A stretch of DNA of 63,142 nt, the filler included, from Dugesia japonica (Eukaryota): the NCBI GenBank assembly GCA_001938525.1. It is 6 parts of 6 records of this genome, joined end to end, with 100 filler letters (N's around TTAATTAATTAA, not from the genome) between each part and the next. Parts side by side here need not be neighbours in the genome. Positions count along the whole stretch, not along the records: positions 11,909 to 23,549 come from MQRL01645562.1; positions 23,650 to 35,332 come from MQRL01647065.1; 4 more parts are not named here. The stretch is one strand, 5' to 3'. The first letter of the stretch is position 1. Each line of letters opens with the position of its first letter. The notes beneath the pieces are model-generated. The model did not search any database and was not told the origin of the DNA. It worked only from the letters and a program-made list of their open reading frames with translations. This document shows positions 14,292-28,048 of this stretch, in pieces. The position numbers and the translations under genes were made by a program.

Positions 14292-15170
14292 TCAAACATT
14301 TAAATTAGGATTGCATGTGAAGCTAATTAAAAAATATGAGCGACCATATGTGCGAACATATGACAGTGCGTCTGGTGTGTATTCATGCATGTGCCATGAA
14401 CTTCCTGAAAATGTGGTCAGTAATATGACCATTTTGCCCAATTCATTGAGATTCACATTGCTATCATTAACAATTGCATCACGTAAATGAATGTAATCTT
14501 TGGAATGCAATTTGGTTTGATTTAATCGAATGTAGATGAGCCATTCGATTTCGATTTTTGGATACACATGGACAATGTATTGATGGAACAATTGTCGACA
14601 TTTAAGGATATGATTTTCAGCGTTTTCACGAATCATTAATCGACATAAATAGTAATTCGTGGCACTAATTTTCTTCTTGATTTACTCATTTGTTTGTGGA
14701 TTTCTCATTACTATGTTGAAATTATATCTATTTTCTCCTTGCCAAAATAAAGTTGGATATTACAATTCCTAGCATGAGCGATAAATTTCTGAGACATGCT
14801 AAACATCATCATTTCTGCGATGAAGAATTATATCACGTGAGTTAAATTCTTCGCCAACTATAACAATTACTACTTCATCAATTGTTGTTACATTATATCA
14901 TATTTCGTATTGACCAACAGGTGTTTTGTTTGCTCTAACTATAACTTTGTAGTCATCAGTTGGCATTTATTCACAGGCAGTTTATAACAGTCGAAATAAT
15001 TCGTTGTGTCGATCGAATAAAGTTTGTAATGCAGCAACAATTTCTGTTTAGTGTATGTTGTAAGTGTATGTATTAAATCGACAACGTTAATCAATTTGTT
15101 CATCAGTATGTTCAATGAAATAAATTTGAATTAATGTGTGATATACATTCGGTAGTGGTGGGGATATTTA
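14292..15170 (-). mobile_element. Helitron Rep/helicase N-terminal fragment
   Basis: YPTLFWQG..; MIRENAENHILKCRQLFHQYIV..YPKIE..LIYIRLNQTKL..YIHLRDAI..GKMVIL.TTFSGS..HMHEY..DA.SYVR.YGR..FLISFTCNP. Confidence 0.95.
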
Positions 15171-15400
15171 ATCCATTTTTAGTGCCAGTTATGAATTTCT
15201 TAGAAAATTGATTTATTTTTACAAAAAATAGATTTTCTTTAATTCATGTAGAATCCAAATATCAAATTTATGTACGTATCCAAGCCATTTCAGTTGGTCA
15301 CTAACAGTTGTTTCCGATAATTTTAACTGTCGTGATATTTTAAGTACTATTAAGACATACAAAACTAATGATAATTTGAATATATTTATTTACGTGATCA

Positions 15401-15516
15401 GAAAATTGCGCACAAGAAAATTGTGAACAGGAAAATTGCGCACAGGAAAATTGCGCACATAGAAAATTGCTCACAAGAAAATTTTACATAGCAATTTTCG
15501 TGTGAGCAATTTTCAT
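15401..15516. repeat. ~15-bp tandem array GAAAATTGCGCACA(G/A) with inverted copies
   Basis: Six direct units followed by GCAATTTTC inverted units; looks like DNA-transposon subterminal repeats. Confidence 0.8.
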
Positions 15517-15529
15517 GAAGGACCTAACG

Positions 15530-17620
15530 TTTTTACATACTTTTTCATATTGCTTCTGCTTTTAATGGCTCGATTGCAAAATCAGCTGCAATTGTTGTAT
15601 CACATCTATTAATCATTTGGTTAGGTGAGTTTCCAGTCTCCGTATTAATAGAGTTTCGTAGAGCTAGAAGTGCTTTGGGAAGAACTTATATCCAATTATG
15701 TTCTCCTCTGCTGGCATAAGCTCTTTAAGCATCTTTGAGCGTTCGATGAAAGAGTTTATGATAATGTGTGGTCTTACGATGATCAATACTATAACTTTGA
15801 CAAAAATTAATAAAGGTTTCAGATATGAATTGACGTCCTTGGTCAGTTATAACTATTTTTCGTGCTCCAAATCTACTAATCCATTCTTTTTTCGAATATC
15901 TTTGCCACGCTTTCTCTTATATCTCTGCAATTGGAACTGTCTCTGGCCGTGAGGTCTGTCTGTCAATCATTTTAAACAAATATTTCTGACCATTGATGGA
16001 AGGAAGTGAATCAACAATGTCTAAGTGAATGATGTTGAACCTTTCAAATTTTTGGGTAACTTCCAAATATGGATTTTGTGTGTCTGGTTACTTTTCATGT
16101 TTAACAGTTGGGACAATCTTTAGTCCATCAGTTTTCATGTGAGGCCACACGTATCTGGTTTGCAATAGTTCTGTGGTATCTTTTGCTCCAGAATGAGATA
16201 AGTTATGAGGTCTCTCAAATTCTTTTTGTCTGAAGATTTTGGTAACAAAATAATTGAGTAATTCCATTTTTCCTCAAGTTTTAGAAATGCTGCTTCCAAA
16301 TTCCGTTATATTACATCTTTTTCTTGCTCTAAGATTAGTTCATTTTGTGTTATACTCGACATATTAAGTAATCCATCTCCTAGTTAGGAATCCTTGATAA
16401 AAATCTGCATCTATATTTTCACCGGCCTTTAGATAAAACCAATTTGATTTGAAATCTGTTTATTTAATCAATCTATCTCCATAGTTGATTTAATGGTTCT
16501 TTTATTTAATTAATGTAAATTAGACGCTTGTAGATCTGGTCGAACTTTACATTCAGTGCCTTCAATATTATGTTTATAATGTTTTACAGCCAGAAAAATA
16601 GCAAGTATTTAAGATCAAAAGCAGCAAATCTTTGTTCAGTTTTATTCAACTTTGTGTGAAAATATGCCACACGGTTAATTTGTCTTGAATTTCATTATGT
16701 ATGCTTGCTTCTACTAAAAATCTGGATGCAACCGCGGTCATGATTATTCATTGATTTGGATCAAAACTGATTAATTTTCTTATGGTTGACAATTTAATTA
16801 GTGCTTCCTTAAAAGTTTTCTTGTGATTACAGTTCCATAGAAACTAACTTCTGTTTTTTACTGAATTTGCTACTAATTCATGAAATGGTGCCATAGTGCC
16901 TGAAAAATTTGGCATCATCAATTGATAAAACGCCATTGTTTCAATAAATCTTTGTACCTCTTTAACTTTTATTTATCGTTCTATTATAATCATTCTATCA
17001 TTATCGGCTTGTACTGGTTCAGAACCTTTCATCAACATCTGATATAATAGTTACAGGACCTTGTTTTAATTTACATAAAATGTATCTTCATTTATCTTTA
17101 ATTTTGCATAATTTAATATTTGAAAAATCGGTTTTAGATGATTGTTGTGTTCGTTTTCATTTACTATGAATACTATTACATCGTCTATATAAGCTGCCAC
17201 AAAGTCTCTGTGTGGAGATAGAATTTGATTCATAAAACTCTGCGAGGCTTGAGCAGCACTCCTTAATTTAAAAGACAAAAAAATTATATAGGCCAAATGG
17301 AATAATAACAACTGTTTTAGTCTTATCGCTTGACTTGATTGGTATTTGGCAAAATGCTTTCTTCGAATCTAAAGTTGAAGATACATTTTTCCTAGATACT
17401 TAATCAGAAATTCTTTGTAAAGATATCGATCAGCTTTTGTTATCGAGTTGGAACTTCGATAATTACTTTGCTTCTTTAATGCTTTATTACCGTTATGATG
17501 TTCTTTTAATTGTAAATTGCCTTTATTCAGCCATCTATTTTTACATATTTTTTATTATAGCTCACCCTCTTTGCTACACCATACCCAAATAGGATTTCTT
17601 TCATAGGAAAGTATCATCTG
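15530..17620 (-). mobile_element. Decayed Ty3/Gypsy pol (RT, RNase H, integrase)
   Basis: LDSKKAFCQIPI, AAQASQSFMNQIL..FVAAYIDDVIVF, HNLSHSGAKDTTELL..RYVWPHMK, HLDIVDSLPSING. Confidence 0.92.
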
Positions 17621-18174
17621 TTTATCTTTTTTCTTAATAATATTCAGTTTATCATATCATTAAAGTCTTACATTTATGTTTAATTTAAGGATACATTTAC
17701 ATTAATTATGTTTAGTTTATCATCTTGTAAACAAAATTTAACACATAAGTTTTCGTAACAAGAAATACATACTTGAGTTATTTTTTGAAAAATTTTAAAA
17801 CTTTTTATACGTGCTAGATTATATTAATTCATCTCTCCCAGTACTGAAGTTCATTCTTTTTACGGGATAAAATGCATTTTTAGTTGTAAAAGTTTTCTTA
17901 AAAATTAAAAATCCTATTTTATTATTTATTGTAAAACTAATATTCATGTTTAAAAAACCGACAAAAATATGTTTTCATCCATACATTAAGTTATTTGTTT
18001 TGAATTTCATTGTTGTTGTGTAGAAAAATAGTCTGTTGAAATAACTTATCAAGATATGTTTTCTAAAGTATTTTATCTAAGGCATTTTAAACACATTCTA
18101 GGTTTAAAGCTCATTCTATTATATTTAGTTGAAGTGTTAAAAGATTTAGTTTACTATCACATCTACTTGTTTCT

Positions 18175-19860
18175 TCATATAAAATGTAGTTTATCAACTA
18201 TTTGTATGTTACATATCATTTTTTTAAATGTAATATACATAAGATGGTTATAATTTTTTAAAAACCACAAATGTTTTAGTTCATAGTATTGTTGGGTTTT
18301 TAGGATTTGATGTTCTTCGAACTCGTTGATCTCACTTCTAATAATTAGTAGTTCATTTAGATGTCTAGTGGCATACCCAAAAACCACAAGTATTTAGATC
18401 AACTCTGTGACATGCCCCTTTTTCCGCGGGTTCAGCGCGACTTTGTGGTATCGCGTCTTATTCATAAATCGGTGAACTCTGACAGCATCAATTTTCATAA
18501 ATATAAAGAGTTTAGATTTCTCGAGAAAACTTCCCAGGTGACGATACTACGCAGTGGCATACATGAAGCGATGAACAGATGAAATTAAAGATCTCTATTA
18601 TCTATTATGATTTTGTCAAAATTGTAAAAATTTAAATTATAAAAGAGACTCATATTTAAAAAATAAAATCTGTAATTAACATAATTTACATAATATATTT
18701 CCTCGAGCAATGACTTTAAAACAAAAATAACCAAAACGACAGTCGAGCTCCCTTTCTACCACTTTACACAGATTTTCCCCAGCTTTACTGATTTCCACCT
18801 GTAATAACTCTCATTGTTCACCTATTCTTCCCGGTATCAGGTTGAAAGCATACGTAAAGTCCTCCGGACCAATTTCATCTGTTATAATATCTTTTTAACG
18901 ATAGTCCTTTCTATCTTGATTGTCACTGATTGATCATTTTACATTATGAGCCATTCATTCTAGACACCTCTCGCTTATATCTGCTGGGCTGATTTAATTT
19001 ATATTTATGCTAATGTCGAAATCTACCAAGCAATTTCGATTTTCTCGAATTGATCATCTTGCATTCTACACTATGCATCTCCGACATATCTCGATTATCT
19101 CTACGGAACAAATTTAATTTCAATTTAATTTAATTTCATGATCCTACAAGCGGCTTGGAATTCGCTGATTGATTATTCTGCACTCTGAACTATGCATTTC
19201 CGACGTATCTTGATTATCTATACGAAGCGAATTTAATTTCGATTTAACTTAACTTCACGATCATACAAGCGACTTCGATTTTCGCGGATTGAAACAATTT
19301 AAATTTGACTAATTTTATCATGCATGCGTTTAGACTAGTTCAATTTTCTTCGATGATTCTTATTAAACATTAATCAGCACATTTCAATGATTTCTATCGG
19401 GCTAATTTGGATTCGATCAACTTTATTTTCGGTGGTTTATCAGCTCCTCACGATTCCTTCAGTTGAGCCTCGTTAAACATTAATCGACGCAATATGATTG
19501 TTTCTGATAGATAGATCATTGCAATTTTCTCAGTTGTTCCTTATTGAACCTTAATCCCAGCATCTCGACATTCACTGGTGGATTCGCTTTCTTCCAATCA
19601 CTCTCATCGAACATGAATCAAAGTATTTCAGTTTTGTTTTGTGGATTCGCTTCTCTCCAATTATTCTCATTACCTCTATTAAAGTATCCCGGTCACCCAG
19701 TCATCTCATTNAAAGGGAGCACGATTCATCCCAGTCGTGGCACTCNACATCATTGGATTTTATATAATAAAATTTAAAAATTATGGAATTCGAAGATGTA
19801 CATATTTAAAATTCACTTTTGTGATTTGAGTAGATAGCCTTGGATCGTTTCCACAATATT
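18175..19860 (-). mobile_element. Gypsy-like integrase tail and gag remnants
   Basis: RDTTKS..VFGYATR (integrase C-terminal TGxSP..VFG-like); GPEDFTYAFNLIP; ~120-bp tandem duplication at 19025-19275. Confidence 0.55.
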
Positions 19861-21760
19861 TTCGCTTGCTCCGATTTAGAGTAATTTAATTCACTATTAA
19901 TTATCATAACAAAGTTGAAGTATGAATAACTTTATTCAAATTTAATTTTCGCAAAAATAATAAAAATTAAGCAGATAAAAAAGTGTTGTTTTCTCTTTGG
20001 GTAGCTGATTTTTATTGAGAACGTTGAGAAGACAAAACCGTCTCCCGATTAGCCAACCAATGATACCTAACTTTGTGGGAATCCGATTTTCGAATTGGTG
20101 AAGTTGGTGTGCATTTCTCTCTTCCTAATTTTTAACAATTTTGGTGCACACCAACTTTTGGACTAAACTTTATTTTTCAGTCACCTCACGTGACGTCTGA
20201 ATCATTTCAGTTATCTCCATGCGACTTCCTTGTTTGGTTTAGGGTGAATCACGGATGTTGTTAATAAATTTGAACTTAATTCACCCTAACCAGACAATGA
20301 GTGGACCAAATTATATCTCTAATTAAGAGATAATTTAATAATATTAAACGCTGAAAAGCGTTATTATAGTAATGAAATTGGGTCGCAGAGACCCCTTTAA
20401 TAACTTATTATAATATNNTATATTATTTTTATTATTTAATTTTTTATTGTCTTTCTTTACATCTACTTTTCATTTTTTACCACCAAAATTGGGTCTTCTA
20501 CGCCCGATTTTCATTTTCTCGATAGTTTCAAGATCCGTCATAAAGATTATAATAATAATAATTACATAATAATAATACCAATAATAATAATAATAACGAT
20601 TTTCTTGAAAATATTTTCGGGTCCAGCTCATCAATTTTGTGTCTACTCTTCATTATTTTACACATTTTACAATTCTTTATTCCTTTATTCCTTCGAAAAA
20701 ATTTGTGTTCTAGCCCAAAAGTATTCTTCAAATTTATTTGTTGTAGTGTGTAACATTTTCCTTTTGTAATGGTCAAAGTTAACGTCTTTACCACCAATGT
20801 CTGTATTATTGACAGGAATCCGAATTGGTAGTTCCTCTAATTCGTTTTTATAATTATCGCCTTTTATTATTAGATTTAGCATTGTATATATAAGTTCTAT
20901 TTGTGCATTCTACTGCTGTACTTTTCTTTCTAGTCTCATGGTTTTGAAGAGATTTGAAAAATATTTAAAGTGTTGTTTTTTCCTTCACTGTTATTTCAAA
21001 TTTACATAAAACTTATATGTAAATAATTTTTTTACTTGAAAGAAGCAATGGGAAAAAATATTATTCACTTTTAAATACTTACCGATTGTACCCAATGATG
21101 AACCATTATAAATTACCATTATAAATTACTTCATGTTTAAATTTTAAGTTATAATCAAGATCTAATTTGTAGACATTTGTATAAAGTAAATTTTATGCTA
21201 TTATTGCCTTTTTACTCTTTAGTTACTTCCTTTTTACCTCATTCCATTCTAGGGCAACCGTTTCACCGCGAAAACATTTGGAATTGTTTAAAATTAGGGC
21301 ATTATACATATCACTAGTACTTCTATTTTTACACAAATTATATATTTAATAACATTAAAATTTTCCACTATAATAGAGATAAAAAAATAAAATATAAGTG
21401 AGAAACTTAAATTAATTCACATTAAAAATTCATTTGTAAAATTCAAATAAAAATATCAACATAAATATTTTAGAAAGTTGAAATAAAAACCATTAATGTT
21501 ATTGTTTTATGATTATTAATACTAAAAATTTTTCATGAAAACCTTCAAAAAATATTTGAAAAATATTAATAAAAGCATGTTAATATATGATTTTTTACCT
21601 ACTAGATTTTTAGATCAGAATAAATGTTATATATTTTTTGTTATAATATTCATNNNNNNNNNNNNNNNNNNNNNNNNNNNNNNNNNNNNNNNNNNNNNNN
21701 NNNNNNNNNNNNNNNNNNNNNNNNNNNNNNNNNNNNNNNGCTTTATTTTCTAAAATTAAG

Positions 21761-22504
21761 TTTGGAATGGCTTTTAGATAAACAATATGTATTAAAAAAT
21801 AGAGAAAGTGATATTAAAGAAGTAGGTGGAGAAGATGAATATCAAAAATTAATGATTTTTTTTACTGGGGGTTTATTAACTTTTTTCTATAAAAAATCGT
21901 TTTACTCATAATTAGTAACTTTTGCATTTGGTGAGAAACTGGGATTACGACAACAAGTGATAGCAACAGCAGTTACTTATTTTAAAAGATTTTATGCAAT
22001 GTAATTTGTAACTTTTACGTCTTTTTTTTCTAACAATGCTAGGTATTCATTGAAATCTGTTGATCCCTGGTTATTGGGGCCTACCGCTCTCTTTCTAGCT
22101 TCGAAAATTGAGGTTATTAATGTTTTAAAATTAAAATGCTAATTAAATTTTAGGAGTTTGGATTAGTATCTCAAAAAAGTATTATTCAAACATGTAATAG
22201 TGTAAGTGAGTGACCTAAATTATTGTCAACTTATTTTATGGGGTGTTTTAAGTTAAGCAAAAATATTCTCAATATTTTCCAAGAGAATATCCTCATAAAA
22301 TCCAGGATGTTTTAGATTGTGAATTTATTCTGGTTGAAGTTTTGGTTATTATATTATTATAATTCGTAAATTTTTTTCTTTTAATTAATTTTAGGATTGT
22401 TCTTTAATTGTTTTCCATCCGTATCGGTCGTTGTTATTATATTCTGATAATCTTGCCAGCTGTCCTAATTATCAACACGATTCAGTTATTTTACAAAAAG
22501 CTTG
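21761..22504 (+). CDS. CCNC: Cyclin C, six internal exons (21761-21870, 21916-22000, 22043-22112, 22154-22205, 22253-22344, 22395-22504)
   Basis: Spliced translation LEWLLDKQYVLKNRESDIKEVGGEDEYQKLMIFFTGVTFAFGEKLGLRQQVIATAVTYFKRFYAMYSLKSVDPWLLGPTALFLASKIEEFGLVS..EYPHKIQDVLDCEFILVEVLDCSLIVFHPYRSLL matches cyclin C; all introns GT-AG and frame-consistent; 5' end in a gap, 3' exons not in the contig. Confidence 0.96.
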
Positions 22505-22639
22505 GTAATTTTATTGAGATTTCAAATTTATAGAAAGAACATTTATTTTATAATTTAATTATTTTTCAAAGAAATATATTAATTCTTTTTTGACACGATA
22601 GATAGATTCATTAGATAACCGTGTAAACATCAAAATAAA

Positions 22640-23145
22640 ATTAATCTAAATAAAAAAATATCCAAATAAAAAATTTTTCAAATAAAAAAATCAATGTAAA
22701 AAATCCCAAATAAAAAATCGATGTAAAAAAATTTCCAAATAAAAAACCACACAACAAAATTCCAATTAAAATCAATATGAAAAATCCAAATAAAAAATCG
22801 ATACAAAAAATTAAGAAATAAAAAATCCAAATTAAAATCGATATAAAAATACTTTTAAATAAAAAATCGATGTAATAAATTTTCCAAATATAAAAAATCG
22901 ATTGAAAAAATTTCAAATAAAAAATCAATGTAAAAAAATTTCGAAATAAAAAAATCCAAACAACGAAATTAAAATTAAAATCGATATGAAAAATCCAAAT
23001 AAAAAATCGATATGAAAAATCCAAATAAAAAATTGATACAAAAAATTTCGAAATAAAAAATCCAAATTAAAATCGATATAAAAAAATAAATCGATACAAA
23101 ATATTTCCAAATAAAAATAATCCAAATAAAAAATCCAAGTAAAAA
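22640..23145. repeat. A-rich minisatellite (AAATAAAAAATCGAT/AAAAAATCC units)
   Basis: Degenerate tandem units in the cyclin C intron; source of the spurious F/I-rich minus-strand ORFs. Confidence 0.85.
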
Positions 23146-23764
23146 GTGTAAACTTAAAAATAATTGAACATAACCCGAGAGAAAATTATAGGTGTTCTCG
23201 AGTTGGTTTTGAATTCTTTAATCAAAAAGTTTATTAATTCCCTTCTTTTTTTCCCTTCTTCAGAATTTAATGTGATTTTGAATTTTGAAAATTTTTCAAC
23301 TATCGAATAAATCATAAAGCCCAAGATTGATGTCGCCAGCAATTATTGAGAGANTACTTACTGGAAAAATGTAAAACTGTCAGCAAAATAAATTCGAATT
23401 CTGATTTAATTTATCAAAGCTTTTGTACAACTGTTATTCCTTTCAAAAACAAAAATATCTAACTGAACATGCATTTACCGACAAGCAAATAAATTTACTC
23501 AACAATGGTTTCGAGCATCCAATGATTCCTCGATTTTTTTCATCGAAATNNNNNNNNNNNNNNNNNNNNNNNNNNNNNNNNNNNNNNNNNNNNTTAATTA
23601 ATTAANNNNNNNNNNNNNNNNNNNNNNNNNNNNNNNNNNNNNNNNNNNNAGAAATTATTATTATGAAATTAAAATTTTATAATTTTATTAATATTTAATG
23701 CTTTTATTTTAACTAAATTCTAATAAAAAAATAAATAACGCCATTTAAAAGAAAACTTTACTGT

Positions 23765-23797
23765 GATATATTTCGACAGATCAACCGTCATCATCAG
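23765..23797 (-). ncRNA. Hammerhead-like motif
   Basis: Minus strand CTGATGA-t-gacgg(ttgat)ctgtc-GAAA-tata-TC; core and helix II intact, helix I not evident. Confidence 0.5.
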
Positions 23798-24088
23798 TTA
23801 AAAATGGAAAATATGAGATTATTCAATCTTTATTATTCAAACAAAAATTTAAGCAATTATACTGAATATTACAATAAAAATTAAAAAAAATAAAATAAAA
23901 ATTAAAAATATTTTTAACAATTTTTTGATATTGAAATGTTATGAAATTTATGCCGAAAAATCCAAATTTTCAAAAACTTTAAATTTTTATAATAGTCGTC
24001 TAATATTCAGTATTATTGCGTAAATAATTGTTTTGAATAATACAGACTGAATAATTATTTATTTTATTTTTAATTAGTTATTTATTTT

Positions 24089-24150
<62 letters not shown>

Positions 24151-24200
24151 NNNNNNNNNNNNNNNNNNNNNNNNNNNNNNNNNNNNNNNNNNNNNNNNNN

Positions 24201-24265
<65 letters not shown>

Positions 24266-24291
24266 CATTATTATTATATTTTTATATAAAG

Positions 24292-24555
24292 AATCCACCA
24301 GGAAATAGTATAGAAGGAGAAATATATGAAAAGTTTTTCATATCTGGAGAAGCTGCAAGATATTTAAAGTCTCGAAACAAAAATGGATGTGGTTATTCTC
24401 CTGAAGAATTTCAAGGACATTCTCATTATATGAGTGATTTAGGAGGTTATCATATAGGCTTTAATGGTAAATTTGGATACCGAAGAAACACTCCGACTCT
24501 AAGAAAATTTCCCTCATCTTTTGGAGTTTTGACTCACTCATCTTTGTATAATTAA
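24292..24555 (+). CDS. SPMAP1: Terminal exon of a C17orf98/SPMAP1-like (DUF4542) ciliary/sperm microtubule-associated protein
   Basis: AG acceptor at 24290-24291; NPPGNSIEGEIYEKFFISGEAARYLKSRNKNGCGYSPEEFQGHSHYMSDLGGYHIGFNGKFGYRRNTPTLRKFPSSFGVLTHSSLYN* matches the C17orf98 C-terminus as I recall it (GFNGRFGYRRNTPALR..S.FG.VTH); absent from the supplied ORF track. Confidence 0.85.
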   Translation, partial: NPPGNSIEGEIYEKFFISGEAARYLKSRNKNGCGYSPEEFQGHSHYMSDLGGYHIGFNGKFGYRRNTPTLRKFPSSFGVLTHSSLYN

Positions 24556-27500
24556 GATANNNNNNNNNNNNNNNNNNNNNNNNNNNNNNNNNNNNNNNNN
24601 NNNNNNNNNNNNNNNNNNNNNNNNNNNNNNNNNNNNNNNNNNNNNNNNNNNNNNNNNNNNNNNNNNNNNNNNNNNNNNNNNNNNNNNNNNNNNNNNNNNN
24701 NNNNNNNNNNNNNNNNNNNNNNNNNNNNNNNNNNNNNNNNNNNNNNNNNNNNNNNNNNNNNNNNNNNNNNAAAAAAAAACTCAAAATCAATATTTATTTA
24801 ATTAAAAATTAATTGTTTAAAGTTAAAACAAATAATTTAGATTTACAATTGATAATTTAAGATAGATACCAAAGTTTCTACCGAATTAATACCATTTTAT
24901 TAAATTTACTCAGATGAGTTAATTTTTTTTTGTTGTGATTATTAGTTAATTCAAAATTTCACAACTCTCCATAAGTTTTTATTTATAATTACAAGTTTTT
25001 GGATTAAAGTAAAAAAAGATGAAGAACATATTTAAACATAGTATTCAAACAAACAATCTGAGAAATTTTAATAAAATATTTTTAAAAAATATCTATTTTA
25101 ATTTTAAAATACTTTTATTTTACATATATCTTTAATTGTTTTTAAACATAATTTCATAAAATAATTTTCATACTTTTATAATTTTGCCTAATATAATATA
25201 TAGAAATTTTTTAAATAATTTATATTCAAAAATAATTTATATTTTAAAAATCGGTTTTTACTTTTTTTTTCAAAAAAATAAATTTTAATATAATATATAA
25301 AAAATTTTTAAAAATTTCTCAAATATTTAAAATCTATAAATTATTCTTACAGGGATTTAAATAGATAATTATTTATTTATTGATATTATTTCNNNNNNNN
25401 NNNNNNNNNNNNNNNNNNNNNNNNGTGATCAGTTAATAAGCATCGTCCGTTCCAAAAATTTCTTTTTAGCTGACCATCAATTTCTCATATTTATCAATGA
25501 AATTAATTAATTCATTATGAAAAAAATAAATTATTATCCATAACATTTTTCTGAATTTATTCATATGAAATAACAATCGACATACAATTTCTATTTAATA
25601 CTTCTATGTTTAGTTTTTCTGCTCGTTATGTAGCGATTTTATCTATCCAAAGTCGATTTTCCCACTTTTTCAAAATCTGTTGGAAGAGATAGTTAGCAGG
25701 AAAAATGATTGACCTATCATACAAAACGAATATGTATTTTTCTATCGAAATTTCAGATAAGAAATTCCGCACTTCTTGTATCTTTCAAACACTGAAAAAA
25801 GTATCAAAGTGCTAATCTTATTATAATGTTCAAATGATAATTTTTTTAAATATTTCTTGAGAAAATTAATTTAAAACCCAACGTGTTAAACAATAAAATA
25901 ATGTTGAAAAGTTCAGAAATNNNNNNNNNNNNNNNNNNNNNNNNNNNNNNNNNNNNNNNNNNNNNNNNNNNNNNNNNTTTTTTTGGATTTTTTTCTAAAA
26001 ATTATTTCTTATCTAATGGCTAATTGTATTCGTAGTTTAATTTTAAATTTCACTACCATTCTTAAAACTTGTAGCATACAAAAAAATATAACATAAAATT
26101 TTCCAGAAAATGACAGTTTGACATCAACCGGTTGAATATCGTTGGGATAAATTACTTACTAAGTTCAAAATAAAGTGTTCATTAAAAGCTTTCCAGTATT
26201 TTTGTATGAAATTTCTTTCGTATAAAAGTTTTTTTCGTATAGTTAATACATTATCGTTTAAAGGTTTAGAATTTTGTTGGGCTTCGAGGTTTCTGTTGTT
26301 AATATTTCTTTCTGGACACTTTCTTTTCGCTCTTTTCCTCTAATCGGTCCTTCTTGATGCGTTCTCTATTTGGGATCTGCAAGGGGTAGATACCCCAAAT
26401 GCCATCTACTCCAAATTCATGCGGCACTATGCGATATCCCGTATTTGAGTTTCATTCTTCTTGGCTAGAGTGATTAATTATAATAATTATCCATCCTGAA
26501 TTATATTGATGCTTTAATATTATTGTTATAAAAACACTGATTTTACTTTTAATAATAATTTTACTTCTTATTAGAGTTATCTTTTTTAATTTACATAATT
26601 ATAATATTTATTTAATTGTATATCTAGTTGTGTAAACATTTAAAAAATTATAAATAATGATATATATTGTCCAGGTTTTCATTTTTCATTTTTGTTTTAA
26701 TTGTCAGTTTCTCAATTTTTTTTCTGTTTCTTTCATTTCTTGATTAATTTTCATTTGAATTCATCTTAATTAATATTCTTTTATTTTCAAGAGCACTATT
26801 TTATTAATGGTTATTTCTTAAAATCATCCGTTGAGCATTATTTTATTATACTATTTCTTTAATTCCTTTTATTTTCTGAGCCATAGCTTTTTATTAATCC
26901 TTGCATGACATTTTTTTATTGATTATTTTTTTAGAGCAATTGTTTCTTTGAGTAGTATTTTATTATTTCTTGGTTATATCTTTAATCAATTATTTTATTA
27001 TCTAGCTCTTTTCTCTATTTATTTCTTTACCCCTGGACCTTTGTTTTAATTCATTTACACTTTCCCTTTTATTAGTTTCTTTGAATCATTATTAATTCAT
27101 TGTAAGTTTACCCTCATGGCTTTTTCAGTCAAACAATTCAACTGATACCTAGAATAAACTAAACCAAGCACATAAGAAAAACATGAATATATTGACAAAT
27201 AAATACATCATACACACACTTATTATTTATTATCAACACTAATTACTACAATATACAATCAAGAAAGACATAAATTAACAGAATCAGAAGGCGAATGATA
27301 ATCCAACATGTATGAAGAAACGGATTGAACAAACATATTTGGTTAATGCATAACATATTATGAGTGACAATATAATTACATAAAATTGTCACATAAAAAA
27401 CAGAAGAAAATAGAAAGAATGCCCTTTCGAGAAATGCAAAAAAGAAATTAAGAGATTATTAATGATCTTACTCAACTTGGTCTGCTATCGCATCAAGAGG

Positions 27501-27801
27501 TCGGGGAATGGACTTAACTAGGGACTACGGTATTGTAAGTTAACTTTGAAAGGAATTCCTGTAGAAATTCTTAAATTCAATACTTCTTTTTGAAATATAA
27601 AAAGATTAAAAAGATTGAANTCACTAGAAAAAAATATAGCAAAGGTCATGATTGAAATAAANTTTGAAAGAGCTATGNACCAAAGAAGCGCTAATTTCTT
27701 AAACTAAACTGCATTCAATTTGTATACCGCAAAAACCTTCGATTATTATTAAAGGAATATTTTGGAAAATAACTGTGAAAAATCCAAAAAAATTATTATT
27801 A

Positions 27802-27858
<57 letters not shown>

Positions 27859-27987
27859 NNNNNNNNNNNNNNNNNNNNNNNNNNNNNNNNNNNNNNNNNN
27901 NNNNNNNNNNNNNNNNNNNNNNNNNNNNNNNNNNNNNNNNNNNNNNNNNNNNNNNNNNNNNNNNNNNNNNNNNNNNNNNNNNNNNNN

Positions 27988-28048
<61 letters not shown>

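Noticed and set aside
15401-15516. CRISPR-like array
   Set aside because: Units are contiguous with no unique spacers; eukaryotic context and no cas genes
22641-23125. F/I/W-rich minus-strand membrane-protein-like ORFs
   Set aside because: Produced by an A-rich minisatellite in the cyclin C intron
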